Part shown: one piece after another, positions 47,890 through 60,200 of the stretch
Position numbering within the stretch: position 1 is the first letter of the stretch
Layout of the letters: each line of letters begins with the position of its first letter
Assembly (NCBI RefSeq): GCF_001949145.1
Contig: NW_019091361.1
Location: 1,101,452-1,165,451, forward strand
Direction: 5' to 3'
Source of the DNA: Acanthaster planci
Taxonomy: Eukaryota
Length of the DNA stretch: 64,000 bases
The notes under the pieces: model-generated
Database searches by the model: none
What the model was told of the DNA's origin: nothing
What the model saw: the letters and a program-made list of their open reading frames with translations, nothing else
Program-made: the position numbers and the translations under genes

Positions 47890-50800
47890 GGGCTCATTTT
47901 CCTCGAGTAGACACGCGTAGAACTGTTGGCGGAGCTTCCCTTCAATGGATCTATAAACTCTCATCTTTGCCAAGTATCCTATTCCCCTGTGTATTAAAGG
48001 CCTGGGAATGGCTACAGTCTAATCCATCGTGCACGTGCGTTCACAATCATTATGGAGGAAGATAATTTGTGAACTGAAATATTTAGTTCACTGATAGGGG
48101 GCCTAAACTAGCACTCGTGGTTTCAAAATACCGAGTCTTTTAACGTGGCGAGGAAGTACAAGAAGATTTTCAAAAGGAATAAACAGTAAAAAATTAGGAA
48201 ACCTGTAATGCTTACATGATGAATAATAAAGCATATTAAGAATTGCTTTTCGAGATAAAATCCGAATAATTCTCAGAACTCCTGGTCGCGTGAATGACAA
48301 AGGGCGCGGACAAGCATCTGTAGATGACAGTAAGCCCTTAAATGATTTTCAAAAAAACATTAAGGTTCTTTAAATTTGATTTGACTTATTGCGGTTCAGA
48401 AAGAAAAGCACTGTTACATGAAGTCAGCGATGCATCCATTTTTTCACCCATCAAAGAATCTGCGAATCCCTCGATGGTAGTACTGTTTCTAAATGTTTTC
48501 AATATTATTCCTTAAAAAATGGCATAATGCTGCGGGAAGGGGCAACTTATCCCCCGGCTCATGATTACTGGCCACACTGTGTGATTATTATTTACGGGGA
48601 AAAAAGGTGACAGAAACAAATCGCCGATTTCTTCTTCATTTCCAATTTTATTCAATGATAACAGAGTGCCACCTCTATTTTTCACTCCATCATTTTTAAG
48701 CAAAGTTCTTGACTTTATATATGTCCGCCATGCGCACTCAACCATAGGAAACTATAACATGTATACAACAAAACGTACAGTACTTTTTATTATTTAACAT
48801 AATGCGCTCCCCCTTTGTTTACACATGCTACGGAATCTAAATTTAATTAAACAAGCACACACTTAATACACGCACTACACAATAGAAAACGTAATTTATT
48901 ACGTGAAAAAATGCTGAAAATTATGGACCATTAATTCAGTTTCCAATCCGGAAATGTCATCACTAAACGGTCGAACTTCGGTCAGTAGTACATGTGCATT
49001 ACATAGAGTGCATTATTAGGTACAAGTACCTCTCATTCGTTTGCATTAACATCGATTTGGAAGGAAATACACCAAAACCGTACTTTTACAAGAAAATACA
49101 CTGATAGAAATTTCTTCAACATGGAAAATGACAGTCGGTACCAAGTGAAGTCAGTGGCATTCGCCATATCCTGAATTCTTTCGAACGGCAATTTATTCAT
49201 ATTTTTTACTGCACGTCTTCGACACACTAGCATTACCAAAACTCTAGCGATAAAGGCCATTCATTCAATATTCAGATTTGAAAATGTCATAACTCAATGG
49301 CCTATATATCTAGCGCAATTCTGTGAAGCTCGAAAAAGAACATACACATTCACTACATTTACTTGCAATTGTGCGCCTGTAAACATAACCTGACGTAGAA
49401 AAACATTACACGTACTCTGCTATTCGTATAACCCTGTTAAAACATGAAACATTTGCAAAGAGCAAGCACCGTGTATCCTCAACATGATACACCAATACAA
49501 GGAATATGCCTATTACATGTACTCAGTGAGTTCAACATATATGCCTAGTAGCCTAATACCGTGTCAGGGCAGCAGAAACATGCATGCAAAAACGCACGCG
49601 CTTTGTGCCTTTGCACACCAGCCTTACAAGAGGAGAATCTGGCACCTGCCGACGATGAACTGAACATTTTGTCCTCGATTTATTTACTACCCTCAAGTGC
49701 ACCGATTCAGTAATTGTTACGTACAGTTGTGATGCAGTTTTGACATTTCACATAATTTAAGTTAAAGGAATCATTTGCACGTAAGCGATTCAATATACAA
49801 AAGGAATAAACTATCATACAATCTGGCCAGGATTGGCCGGGAACCAGTTGAGGACTACAAAAGATGGGTAGTTTTGTTATAATGGCTAATGGGGTTGAGT
49901 CATACATGTACATTACAATTGTCTACATAACTGGTTCTCAGAGAGAAATACCCAAGAAGTGAATAAGTAATGGTCTTATCCTTTTGTTATTGTGAAAATG
50001 ACGGACGTGATAATACAAGGCAAACAAACTTCAACTGTGCACAACAAAGAGGAGCCGATAACCCTGCATGAAGGGGTTCCAGATGCTCAATAAGGTTAAA
50101 GAAAAATGTCAGACAGATCGAACAATACCGAGGTGCTTGCGCAGAACGGGACTGTGGGAAGTTGCACCGGCAGTAGTTGAGCAATGACGGGAAACGGAAA
50201 ATTAGTGTCATAGGTATGCGGCATGAGAGCAAGTGTTTATATTGTTTGTACGACACCGGCGTGATACAATCGCCTAAATTCCCTGCCCTACGACCTTATG
50301 AGCGAATAATTTATTTCCATCAAACGTCCTCTTATCAGATGACTTTCTGAAGCAATGGCAGCCGAAAAACATTACATCAGGAACTTTGAGATGTTTCCCT
50401 GTGTATGGCCAATGCGAATGAAGACAGTTGTAATTCAGACTTCAAATTGCGACTTGTTTTGAATGATAAACATCTGCAACAGTCTCCACTAGAGTTTCCA
50501 ATGGCTGATACATTAAACGCTGGGAGACAGTTCCTTCGCCCACCTTGTTTAATGAAGTTTCCTGTTAGCTTTTTGGTCTGCCACGAGGGAGGACGCTCAC
50601 GTCAAGCAAACACTTGAAAACGTCAGTGGGAAATTCCCGCACCCGCTTATGATTGCTTGTGGCGTCCACAGCACAGCATACGTGTATTTCATCGCGAGCT
50701 TGAGAAGCATTTAAAATACAGTGCTAATGCCATTACACGCAGTGTACACGTACAGTGCCCCACCGTACGCGAACCTTACATGGGTCTAAACTTGTGCCAT

Positions 50801-52949
50801 TTTCATTTTGAATTTTCCCAGTTCCGTTTACAAGACTCGGAGAATGACAAGGTGCAAGGGTACCAGATTAAACTACAGCCAAAGAGCACGTGCATGTACA
50901 TTTTACTACTACCTATGGTAACCGACTCCATCAACTTCCCTTGAGTCCGTTCAAGGTAGCCAAGTTACCAGCAATGGCGCGGCAATCCCCGTCCCGGTGA
51001 TCTTTGCACTTTTAGCAGTCAGGCCCTTCAAAACAGCTTCAAATCAAACTAACTTTGGCTTTGATAACGTTGTGACCTGGCAGGCGACAAATTTGAGGGG
51101 ATGTTTTATTTTTGTTTATTTTGCGCACGGCTGAACTTCAATGTAATTTTGACGAGGACCATTGATCTGTTACATGTGTGTTCCTAAAAGCGTTGGACTG
51201 CTCAAAGCGTACCGCAGTAAATAAATGTACATTAACAGTACATGTTCATATCTCCATCTGTTCTAGACAGGCCATCAGATAATTGTTGGCTTTCTTGCTG
51301 GTACTTTAATCAAAGAACTCACACTTCAGCAACACATAAATAAAACACGTCTTTCTGGACCTACATAACAAGTGCTGGTTGCATTGTAGCCTGTTGACTC
51401 GAACGACGGGCAAATTAACCTTTCGTTTGAATCAATGTACCGATGCACCTTCTTTCTAGATTGACAGCATAAATTACATTTAATTACAAATAAGGATCAC
51501 AGTTCAGTCTCTGTACCCATAAATAACCTCTACGGGCCCGTTTTGCCTTGACAGAATCCAACCTCGGCCTTATTTGTGGTTGGATTTTCAAACGATTTTC
51601 CTTGACTTGATGCCCATTGTCAGAGCAGTAGACTTTTATACCCCTGATATTGCTATCTCATCAAGATGCTTGAACAAATTGATATGAAAGGTCACTTAAA
51701 GTTTCAGGTACACCACCACGTCTATTCATGTGATTCTCATGAGTCTTGACGACATTCAACATGGGGACTTTAAAATTGGGAACTGGTTGAAAAGCCAAGT
51801 CAAAAAAGCCCCCTTCGCCAGAGAAGCATGAGTGTCTGCACATGATCACGTGACGTCAACGTGAAATTCATGAAATTGCCCATCGGCTTTAACATTGCTA
51901 TAATTGCAACTGAGAGGGGCTACATGCGATTTTGCCTGTACCCAGCTTTCATTCCAAGGGCGCTGGTCACCATGCACCCAATTTTTCTGTGACGCATATG
52001 ATTTCATTTCTTCGAGTTTTCATTGATGGAATTTGTTTGCTTGATGACCTGGGGTCAAGAGATCCCGCCGCAGTGTGAACGGGATATGCTGTACATTTAT
52101 TACCACTGATCGTAGTATTTCGCTGCCCACAATGGGCAGTTTTGTGAAAGAACTTTGCAGGTCGGCGCCCTTGGACAGGACGGGGGATTGTTGACCTGTT
52201 ATGTGGGAGCGCACCATGATCTGACGCAGTGACTGAATCTCTTCGCGTGCGAAGCTCGTCCATTTTAATAGCATTTCTTGATATCACCCATACTACTTTT
52301 TAGAATTAAACTTTAGCAGAATCAGTAGTAAAGAAATATATAGTTATGTTACTCTGTGAGGAATTAAGATAATACGGTATAATTCATCTTCTCTTCACTA
52401 ACATTTTTCACAAAAAGAGCGCCGTTCACTGATTTGAATAAAGCAGTTTACAGCTATACTCATCTTTAATAATTATACCGTAATACTGACACAATAACGT
52501 AAAACCTTCGCACTGTACACAAAAGATATTTAATTTCGAATTAAGAAACGACAATAGGGAAAGAGACAACGGACGGACAACATTTGAGGCCCTGTGCACA
52601 AACCTATGGGACTTAGAATAGAAAATACTTAAGGTTTTTCATATGAGTAGATGCTTCAGAAGTTTCTCAGCTAAATTTTACTCTCTATGACATGTGAATT
52701 TTGATGGTTGTTCTAATATTATTTTTGAGGGAAATAAGTGTTGTCTGTATATGGAACTCTTTCCAATTCTACAATAACTATTCAGTCATAAATAACAAAA
52801 AAGCTTGACAATTAAATGTAATGCTATCGGGATTGATTGCACCGACTCAGTTTGAGAGACGAATGAACTCGCCAAACACTTAATTCCGGCCGAATTGAAA
52901 CACTCATCATAATGCATGCAATCATGCGCCCACCAGCAAAACTTACTTC

Positions 52950-53849
52950 TCAGTCCGTGGACCCTTGCTTGTAATTGTCCGGGCGAAGTCTCATCTTGTA
53001 CATTGCTTGGTAGTATGGACTAGTGAACTCAATGGCTTCTCGAAGTTCGGCAGGCAGGTCATTTACGTCGATTTTCTTTGGCGTTGGCTTCCGAAATCCA
53101 GAGCTGCTGAGTGCGGCGTCGTACCAACCCATGAACAGATTGGACGCCCGCAGCACCCGGGGGCAATGCCACCTGAGTTCCGAGGGCTTCGCCGGCTTCC
53201 ACTGCATCATTTTCTCGTCGTAGGGGATGCCGGTCGCCGAGCAGTACTGCTGCATCATCCCCTCAGGATCGTTTAGAAGGTCGTCCGCATCGATAACTAT
53301 CGGCGTTTTCCTGGTCTTGTGTTCCATGTACTCGAAGAGATCATAAAGTTCCTTAATGGTGTACCCTTCGGCCGGTATACAGCCGAGTATGCTTGTGCCA
53401 ACGACCATCTTGGACAATCGTGACGCCTCTAGTCTCGGTTTTAAGGAGGTGAACACCTTCACTGGGTTTCGTATAAGAAATGTGTGAACGAAGTCCTCGG
53501 GCAGTTCGTCGAAATGGCCCTGTACTGCAAAGGCAAAATCTTTGGCAAAGTGGACACTTGCGTTCTGGGTTTTCTGAGCTGCCTGGTTGAGTTTCTTGGT
53601 CACTTTGGCGTGGGATAGGGTCGGGGCGAGCGATGGAAGTCTCTTAAGCCAAAGTCGCTCCGGCCCAAAGAGATAAGCTGCTGTGTACATCTCATTGTAA
53701 ACATCAGAAGTTCCCAAAGCGATGATGGACCTTTCAAAAACTGTGGAAAGGGAGCGAGGAGCAGACCACAACATCACCTTTGCAGCGGGCTTGCCGCTGC
53801 CTAGTTCTTCCCATGCCATCCTAACTGGAGAGTCCACTTGCGTTGCCAT
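52950..53849 (-). CDS. Sulfotransferase-like P-loop protein (Sulfotransfer_5 / N-terminal domain of 'BCAT-like protein 2' type)
   Basis: 299-aa ORF. LWSAPRSLST is a 5'-PSB-like loop and FLIRNPVKVFTS a 3'-PB R-x7-S motif. PIVIDADDLLNDPEGMMQQYC..TGIPYDEKMMQW and WYDAALSSSGF are typical of this family. The ATG directly follows a CAG acceptor. Confidence 0.88.
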   Translation of the reverse strand: MATQVDSPVRMAWEELGSGKPAAKVMLWSAPRSLSTVFERSIIALGTSDVYNEMYTAAYLFGPERLWLKRLPSLAPTLSHAKVTKKLNQAAQKTQNASVHFAKDFAFAVQGHFDELPEDFVHTFLIRNPVKVFTSLKPRLEASRLSKMVVGTSILGCIPAEGYTIKELYDLFEYMEHKTRKTPIVIDADDLLNDPEGMMQQYCSATGIPYDEKMMQWKPAKPSELRWHCPRVLRASNLFMGWYDAALSSSGFRKPTPKKIDVNDLPAELREAIEFTSPYYQAMYKMRLRPDNYKQGSTD

Positions 53850-54904
53850 CTGGCATGAAACGGCAGATGCACGTACGTATTGCCGGACTCTCTACGGACG
53901 CCAAACGACTTTGAGTTCAAATTCCACCTGTATTCAGAGCACCCTGGCCTGTGTAATAATGCAGCAATCAGTACCCGTGCATGCTATATCTACACCTACA
54001 TTCCATATCATAACCAAGCCGAGAACCGATAACACACACTGTACGGTTACGGTATGCGAATGTGCAGGATCGGATTGACGCGACAATATTAGATAAGGCA
54101 AGTCCAACCACGAGCTCTCTCCCGTTGGTCTTATGGTACGATAGGTTGTATTGTAGTCTCTCCGCTGCTGTACAAAAATTCTATTGAAATGCACAAAGAA
54201 GACTTAGTGAAACGTCACAAGTGAGTAAACACTTTCAACATATACATCGGCACCACTATCCACTGGTCAGTTGCGTAACAGTAGACGGCGTATTTATCGA
54301 ATCCAATAGCAACGTAGACTCAATTCAAGTCTGCTCCTTGCCAAGACTGATTCACTTCATCTGATTAATCTGTTTTCATGAAGGCATGACAATTTAACAG
54401 TGACATTATTTATGGTCTTGAGATAAACAAATTTCTACACAAAGGACGCTTTCAAATGTAATATCTGAAGGGGAACATTTTGATAAATACATATACAAAT
54501 ACAGTGCGGCGTGGTAGATTTTTTGGTCCTCCACAGAAGCCTCCCCCAATATAAATTATCTTAGCCAGTAACAAAGTAGAAGTTAAATCGGAAATATCTC
54601 AGCCCAAAATATTGTCTGGTATTGCTGAGACTTACCAGAGTTTTGAACGCATTGTTGTAGAAAAATTAATCGTGGGTGGTGTGAGTCAGGCTTGAATCGA
54701 GTGTAAGGAATTAACATTGAAAAGGAGAGATTATGGTGCTCGACCAATCAAGTTGCTGACGACCCGGGGAGTCATTACTGCCTCCATGGACAGACTTGGG
54801 GTTTCCTTCAAGGCCCCTCTGAAGGCGTCTGTGCACATTCTACCGATTGTCTGTACTTAGGTCTCCTGTCAGTGCGTGCTTGGTGTTTTCCGACTTGGTC
54901 TGAT

Positions 54905-54932
54905 CATGGAGGAAGGAACACCTTCCTCCATG
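54905..54932. mobile_element. 28-bp P-superfamily-like mini-element or excision footprint
   Basis: CATGGAGGAAGG-AACA-CCTTCCTCCATG flanked by a perfect 7-bp direct repeat GTCTGAT (54898-54904, 54933-54939). Confidence 0.7.
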
Positions 54933-55154
54933 GTCTGATCATTGAGTAAGGCTATTGGTGCAGTGCCCAACCAGAGCACAGATAATGACAGTTAAATTGT
55001 TAATTTTAATTTCAGTGTGTGCATGTACGTCCCATTGCATGTGCCAAAGACATTTTTTACAGCTTTTAGAAAAAGGTTTTGATACTGATATTTTGGATGA
55101 ATTATGTCAGGAGTGAACTGCATAAATTTGGAGAAGTTGAGAAATTTGACACCA

Positions 55155-55217
55155 ATAGTTGGGCCAGCACAACTGCAGCGGTATAGTTGGGACAGAAGCT
55201 ATAGTTGGGGCGTAACA
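55155..55217 (+). repeat. Dispersed repeat (transposon end fragment), copy 1
   Basis: AGTTGGG.CAGC.CAACTGCAGC..TATAGTTGGGACAGA.GCTATAGTT.GG is shared with 58508-58568. Confidence 0.7.
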
Positions 55218-55347
55218 GCAACCTTAAGATTACTGATTTCTTAACTGCTATACTTCCTGGAAGGGTGCGCATAACTTAATTGTTACGTTATTGAGATGTA
55301 AATTTTTGTCTTGTGCAGTCTTCCAATATCGATCCGCCTTGTCTGAC

Positions 55348-55361
55348 CATGGAGGTAGAAT
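55348..55361. mobile_element. One-ended P-superfamily-like footprint
   Basis: CATGGAGGTAGAAT between two GTCTGAC direct repeats (55341-55347, 55362-55368). Confidence 0.5.
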
Positions 55362-57676
55362 GTCTGACGCATCTACAATCAATGTTCGGCCAAGTGACCG
55401 TAGGACACAGAGTTCGTCAAACTTTCGAAGGGATTCAAGCGTGTCTTCATGACTGGGTGCCAGCCGGAGTCGGGTTCCTTGACTTTTTAATACTTTTAGT
55501 AGGACATGCAACCGACTCGATCTGTTCATGACACCAGCAAGAAGCCACTTTATTAAATGCAGTATGCTGGCTTAAACTTACTCAAGAGATGTGCGAGTTT
55601 AAAATCAATGGCCGGAAAACTGAAATTTGTTGTGATTGTGATACGACCAAGCGAAATGAGCCTGTAGGGAGTTTTTTTATTTCTAGGTGCATAGGCCTAT
55701 CCATGTAAAAACCCCGAACATTACATCTCCCGTGCTTGGGTCGACTTCCACAACTGTTGAACTAAAGGTCGTATCAACGAGGCTCTTCATAGCAATGAAT
55801 TTGACTTTGCAACGCTCTTTGTGATTGAAAAAAAACAGCAAAATAGCAACAGACCATGAATTTAATGATCGTTTCAGGCATTTGAGCTAGTCAATTCTTT
55901 TGTCTGCACGCAGCTTTTTTGCCTTTCAGCTGAATTGATGGAGGTAAGCTTCAGAGCGGCGGAATACGGCGCCACCATAAATATGAATACGTGCACTCAG
56001 CCATCGCTGAATGCAGTAATCTTGGCAGAAGAAAATACCTAGGCCCTAGCCTATAAAATGATCTCATGTGCTGAATTCTGTTTTCCATCCGTATAACAGA
56101 ATTTTTCTGTCCCACCCACAAGAAAGCTTAGGTGCTAATATAATACGACGTTTCTAATTTTAATGGCACTGTAAACAAATAAACAAAAAATAGCGACATG
56201 TCCCCCGAGGAAGGGGGAAGTTTCCCCTCTCCCTGTCATTAAAGTGCCTTACAGAGTTCGGACCACAATACCCAAAATGCAAACATTAACAAATTAACCA
56301 TGCCTCACCTCAATTACATTCTTTAAATTGTGCTTAATATAGTTGAATGACAATTTCTGTGTTCATAAGTTTGTTAAAATTTAAAAGGCTTTCCTTCTTT
56401 CGTTCTCTAGTAGTGATGTATATCAGAATTTCACGAAACCACGGTGTATCGTTTCGTTATAAGGAAGATGCTATTTTGTTCCACAATTTATAATTAAGAG
56501 AGTGAGAGTGGCCTCGAGCCTGAGGCGTGAAAGGGCGGAGTCGAGTCGGGACAGCCTTTTTTTCTTTCGTCATTATTGGTAAGTACAACACTAGTAGCAG
56601 CTGATCAGACAAACCTATTTACTTATACCAGTTGATCAAGGAATAAGTTGGGATGGAGAGGCCAACTCTTGTGTCAGGGGACCGGACAACAGGGCATTCA
56701 TAAGTTGCGTGCTCTCTGCTCGTCAGCTTCCTCAATGACACATACGGTCGATGGGCGTAGTCTAGCGGAACATGCTCAAGTTGGAGCGGCTACCAAACAA
56801 CACAGTATACCGCTAAACAACTCTAATCACACCGCTGTAGACGGTAAATCTGTTCCGTAAAACTATCAGGGGACAGAGGTACCTGGCTGAAAGTGCCCTC
56901 CCGGTCCGGTAATCACTCCCCCTCCAGGTTATTCTGTCCTCTCCAAGTATTTTTGTCCCCTATCAGTTTTGTCATGCATGAGCTATTTTTATGTTGGTTT
57001 GATGATGAGTTCAGTACAAATGAAAAACAGTTAGGGTTCTCAGCCCTTCATTAAGTTTTAAATTGGGGGCGGGGTGGATATGAGATGTAAAATCAATCAA
57101 ATTATGTTTCAGCAAGAAATCGGAAAAGGCAGCAATCCGTGAAGTTCTGCAGATTTCTTGCACGCATAACAGTCTGTTGGTCGGCGCGGTGTAGCTATCA
57201 TGGTCTACTCTTGTAGAAGAACTTGAAAACGACGGAAAGCCTACGGAAGGTACTTTGACTCTACGATCGCCCGACCATGTCCAAAATGATTTTTAAAAAG
57301 GCGATATGTAGTGTCCACGATACTGGACCGTACGCGCACTCAAACAACAGCGCTGCGAAACAACACTTAATACCACGCTAGCGTTGCAAAACAACCACCA
57401 TGCTATCTGAAACAACACTCACCATGCTGTAAAGTGTGGTCTTAATAGTACACCATAATTGAGCATTACCACTCCTTTGGGGGCTCGCATAACATCCTAA
57501 ACAATGTGAACCGAAACAATACGAGAGACTTGGAAAAAGTCTAGCGATCAATCCTTTGGTAAGGTAGTCTCTTGAGGGCGCTTGTGCATGTATGCCACGG
57601 ATGTGTGCCCAGTCTCAAGAAAACGTGTCTTCAGAAGTGCCCTTGTGCTTTGTAATTGTGGCTTCCAAGATATACA

Positions 57677-57752
57677 ATGTGTGCAGCAAACACTTCCAGC
57701 AGTCTAGGGGTAGACGTCTGTCTGGAACGTAATTCACCGCATTGTCCACATG
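57677..57752 (+). CDS. ZCCHC4: rRNA N6-adenosine methyltransferase ZCCHC4, coding exon 1
   Basis: MCAANTSSSLGVDVCLERNSPHCPH(G). An in-frame TAA lies upstream of the ATG. Donor CATG|GTTTGT, phase 1. Joins exon 2 to give the conserved CPHGPTLLF. Confidence 0.85.
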
Positions 57753-58507
57753 GTTTGTATTCGTCACCACCATGACCAGTAGCATAAACGTTACACTTAG
57801 AACTGTTGGGTCCGACGCACGTCTGCTCCGCTCCCACGGGGAGGACGTCGGACCCCCACAGAGTTGGTGTGCCGTAGGTTATCTGGTCATGTTTTGTTTG
57901 GCTTTCAGGTTTAGGTTCACTTTATTTTCACATAAGGGTAGAGTTGGAGTCCCTAAAATGCTATGCTTGTCGAGTACTCGGAGTAGGGACCTCAGCTTAC
58001 ATAAATACCTACATGTAGACTACAACATGTACGTGTATGAATTACCACATTCACAGACATTACATCAAAAACATACTTAGGTCTAGTATACGTACGTAGG
58101 CTATTACCATGATTACTAAGCATAATTAAGACAGTAATTAAAAATATTAAAAGAAAGGCATTAGTAGGATCTGTAACCTTTCTTGGTTGCTGATGACCAT
58201 GCTGACCATACGATAGGTCAGTACATGTATGCGCGGTTGCCGGATATTTGCATGGTAGGTTGATCTTTTCTTACTGCCACAGGCCTCGGGCATGTCACCC
58301 AAACTAATTCATGGCTGTTTCTAGTGCTATGGTTGGGCTGGCCCAACTACTATACAGTGGTCCAGTATGCTCAGTACATGTATGTGCCAAACTGCCCAAA
58401 GTCATTTTATTTCCAATGTCATACATGAAGTGCCGTGTGTCAAGCGTGAGATGCATAAAATTTGGATAAGGCTAAGAGATTTTCTGAACTAGAAATTGGT
58501 CAACAGC

Positions 58508-58568
58508 AGTTGGGTCAGCCCAACTGCAGCCCTATAGTTGGGACAGACGCTATAGTTAGGGCATAATA
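58508..58568 (+). repeat. Dispersed repeat (transposon end fragment), copy 2, in ZCCHC4 intron 1
   Basis: Direct similarity to 55155-55217. Confidence 0.7.
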
Positions 58569-59558
58569 ACTGTAAAAAAATTCTTTTAAAAAAAAAGTAT
58601 ATTCCATTTATAAGTCCTAAAGCTAGAGATTTCATCTCCCTTCCCCCGATCTGCTCTTGCTGATAGAACACAGTGGCATGAGCTGGAATTGCAGAGTTAG
58701 TGGTCTATTTTTGTACCCCCTGATCCTCAGAAAGTTGCTATATTATCCTTTTGTAGTTTTGAAATTTATGAAACCCTCAAGTTAAATTGCAGGTGATTTC
58801 ACTTTGCTGTTTGTCATTCATGGCTAGATTTTTTGAAAGGAAAAAAGTCTGACATTGCACCACATGTGCATGTAGGTTCGAATCCTGTTTGTGAAATGGT
58901 GGGAATTCACTGTGACAGTATATGTAAGCATGGAACCAGACAAAGATTTGTCAATGTAAAGTTTCTGAAGTCCCCCAAAGTCCTGACTGCACATGTTTCC
59001 ATGACGCAATACAGCAAAATTTTAGTTCCAGCCTCTACTGCCTTAAAACACTGAGACTTCAAGAAGTGTAGGCCTACCGCTGGGATTGAATCCTGTAAGC
59101 CAAAGACCTGTGCACTGTCTTGATTCCAGTGCCAACTATGAATAGGAATTTTTTGTACATGTATATTGTCGCCCTACATTTATACTTATATTATGGAGGA
59201 ATGCCACGCAGTGGGATGCATAAATACATGTAATTAGCAGTGGTGGCTTTTTAGTGAAATAGGTTGAGGTAATCATCCTGGAATTTCGAAAATTCATCAT
59301 GGAAAAGTTAGAGAATTTTGTTTTCATGAAATGCTTGAATCCTGAATCCTAATTTTTGACATACAGTACGTGTTATTATACATTGCAAAAATTTCTGTTG
59401 TACATGTACATTTACATGTTTTCCATTTCTAGGTGAGCTATTTACATTGCCTCCTGTTTTGGGGGGAAAAACATGTCAACACAAGTCAGTCTTCTTTTTA
59501 CACAGTGGCACAATTTTCATCATTTAGTGGAGAATGTTGATAGAATATGTGTTGGCAG

Positions 59559-59866
59559 CAGTGGCGTAGCTAGGATTTTACTAGCAGGGGGCACAAAGGG
59601 GGCACCGGCACCTTATGGGAGGCACCAGCTTTCAGTGGTGGGGCACCAGCTTTCAGTGGTGGGGCACCAGCTTTCAGTGGTGGGGTACCAGCTTTTCAGT
59701 GGTGGGGTACCAGCTTTCAGTGGTGGGGCACCAGCTTTCAGTGGTGTGGTTTTTGGGGCAAGTTTTTGTTTACCTTGTTCAGTATCCATTCATCCGTTTT
59801 TTTTCAGTGGGGGGCACCTTGGGGGCATTAGGAAATTGTGGGGGGGGATGTGCCCCCCCCCCACTG
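59559..59866. mobile_element. hAT-type MITE carrying a minisatellite, in ZCCHC4 intron 1
   Basis: CAGTGGCGTAGC...CCACTG termini. 8-bp TSD GTTGGCAG/GTTGGCTG (7/8). Confidence 0.8.
59619..59745. repeat. 21-bp minisatellite, 6 copies
   Basis: GGGG(C/T)ACCAGCTTTCAGTGGT x6 (one copy has an extra T). No unique spacers. Confidence 0.95.
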
Positions 59867-60200
59867 GTTGGCTGTTGAAAAGATACGATACATGATAATA
59901 TACATATACCATAGGAATGGAGTCCAGAGACTGCAGACCTGACACCTCAGAATTGAAGACATGTCTTCAACTGCCTTGCCTGCATTTTACCCTTGATTCA
60001 AGGAAAGGCTTACAAACTTCCTGTTCTCAAGCACGGGGAACTTTCAGAAAACCGAGAACATACACCACCATGTGATCTTTAGTAAGGAGGCTCTGTCTTC
60101 AGCATTTTGTACCACTGAGTGAAACCAAGTTACTTAGGTATGAAGCTTGACACTGCATTGATGCATTTTCAAAGTTTTGAACCATTCTGTTTGCATGCAG

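Noticed and set aside
52965..53276. Antisense ORFs over the sulfotransferase-like gene (and similar ones over the P450 and GPCR)
   Set aside because: Shadow ORFs of GC-richer coding sequence with no independent motifs.
59619..59745. Possible CRISPR array, or repetitive protein ORFs (59473..59895, 59615..59878)
   Set aside because: Head-to-tail 21-bp units with no unique spacers, inside a MITE in a eukaryotic intron. The ORFs are by-products of the repeat.
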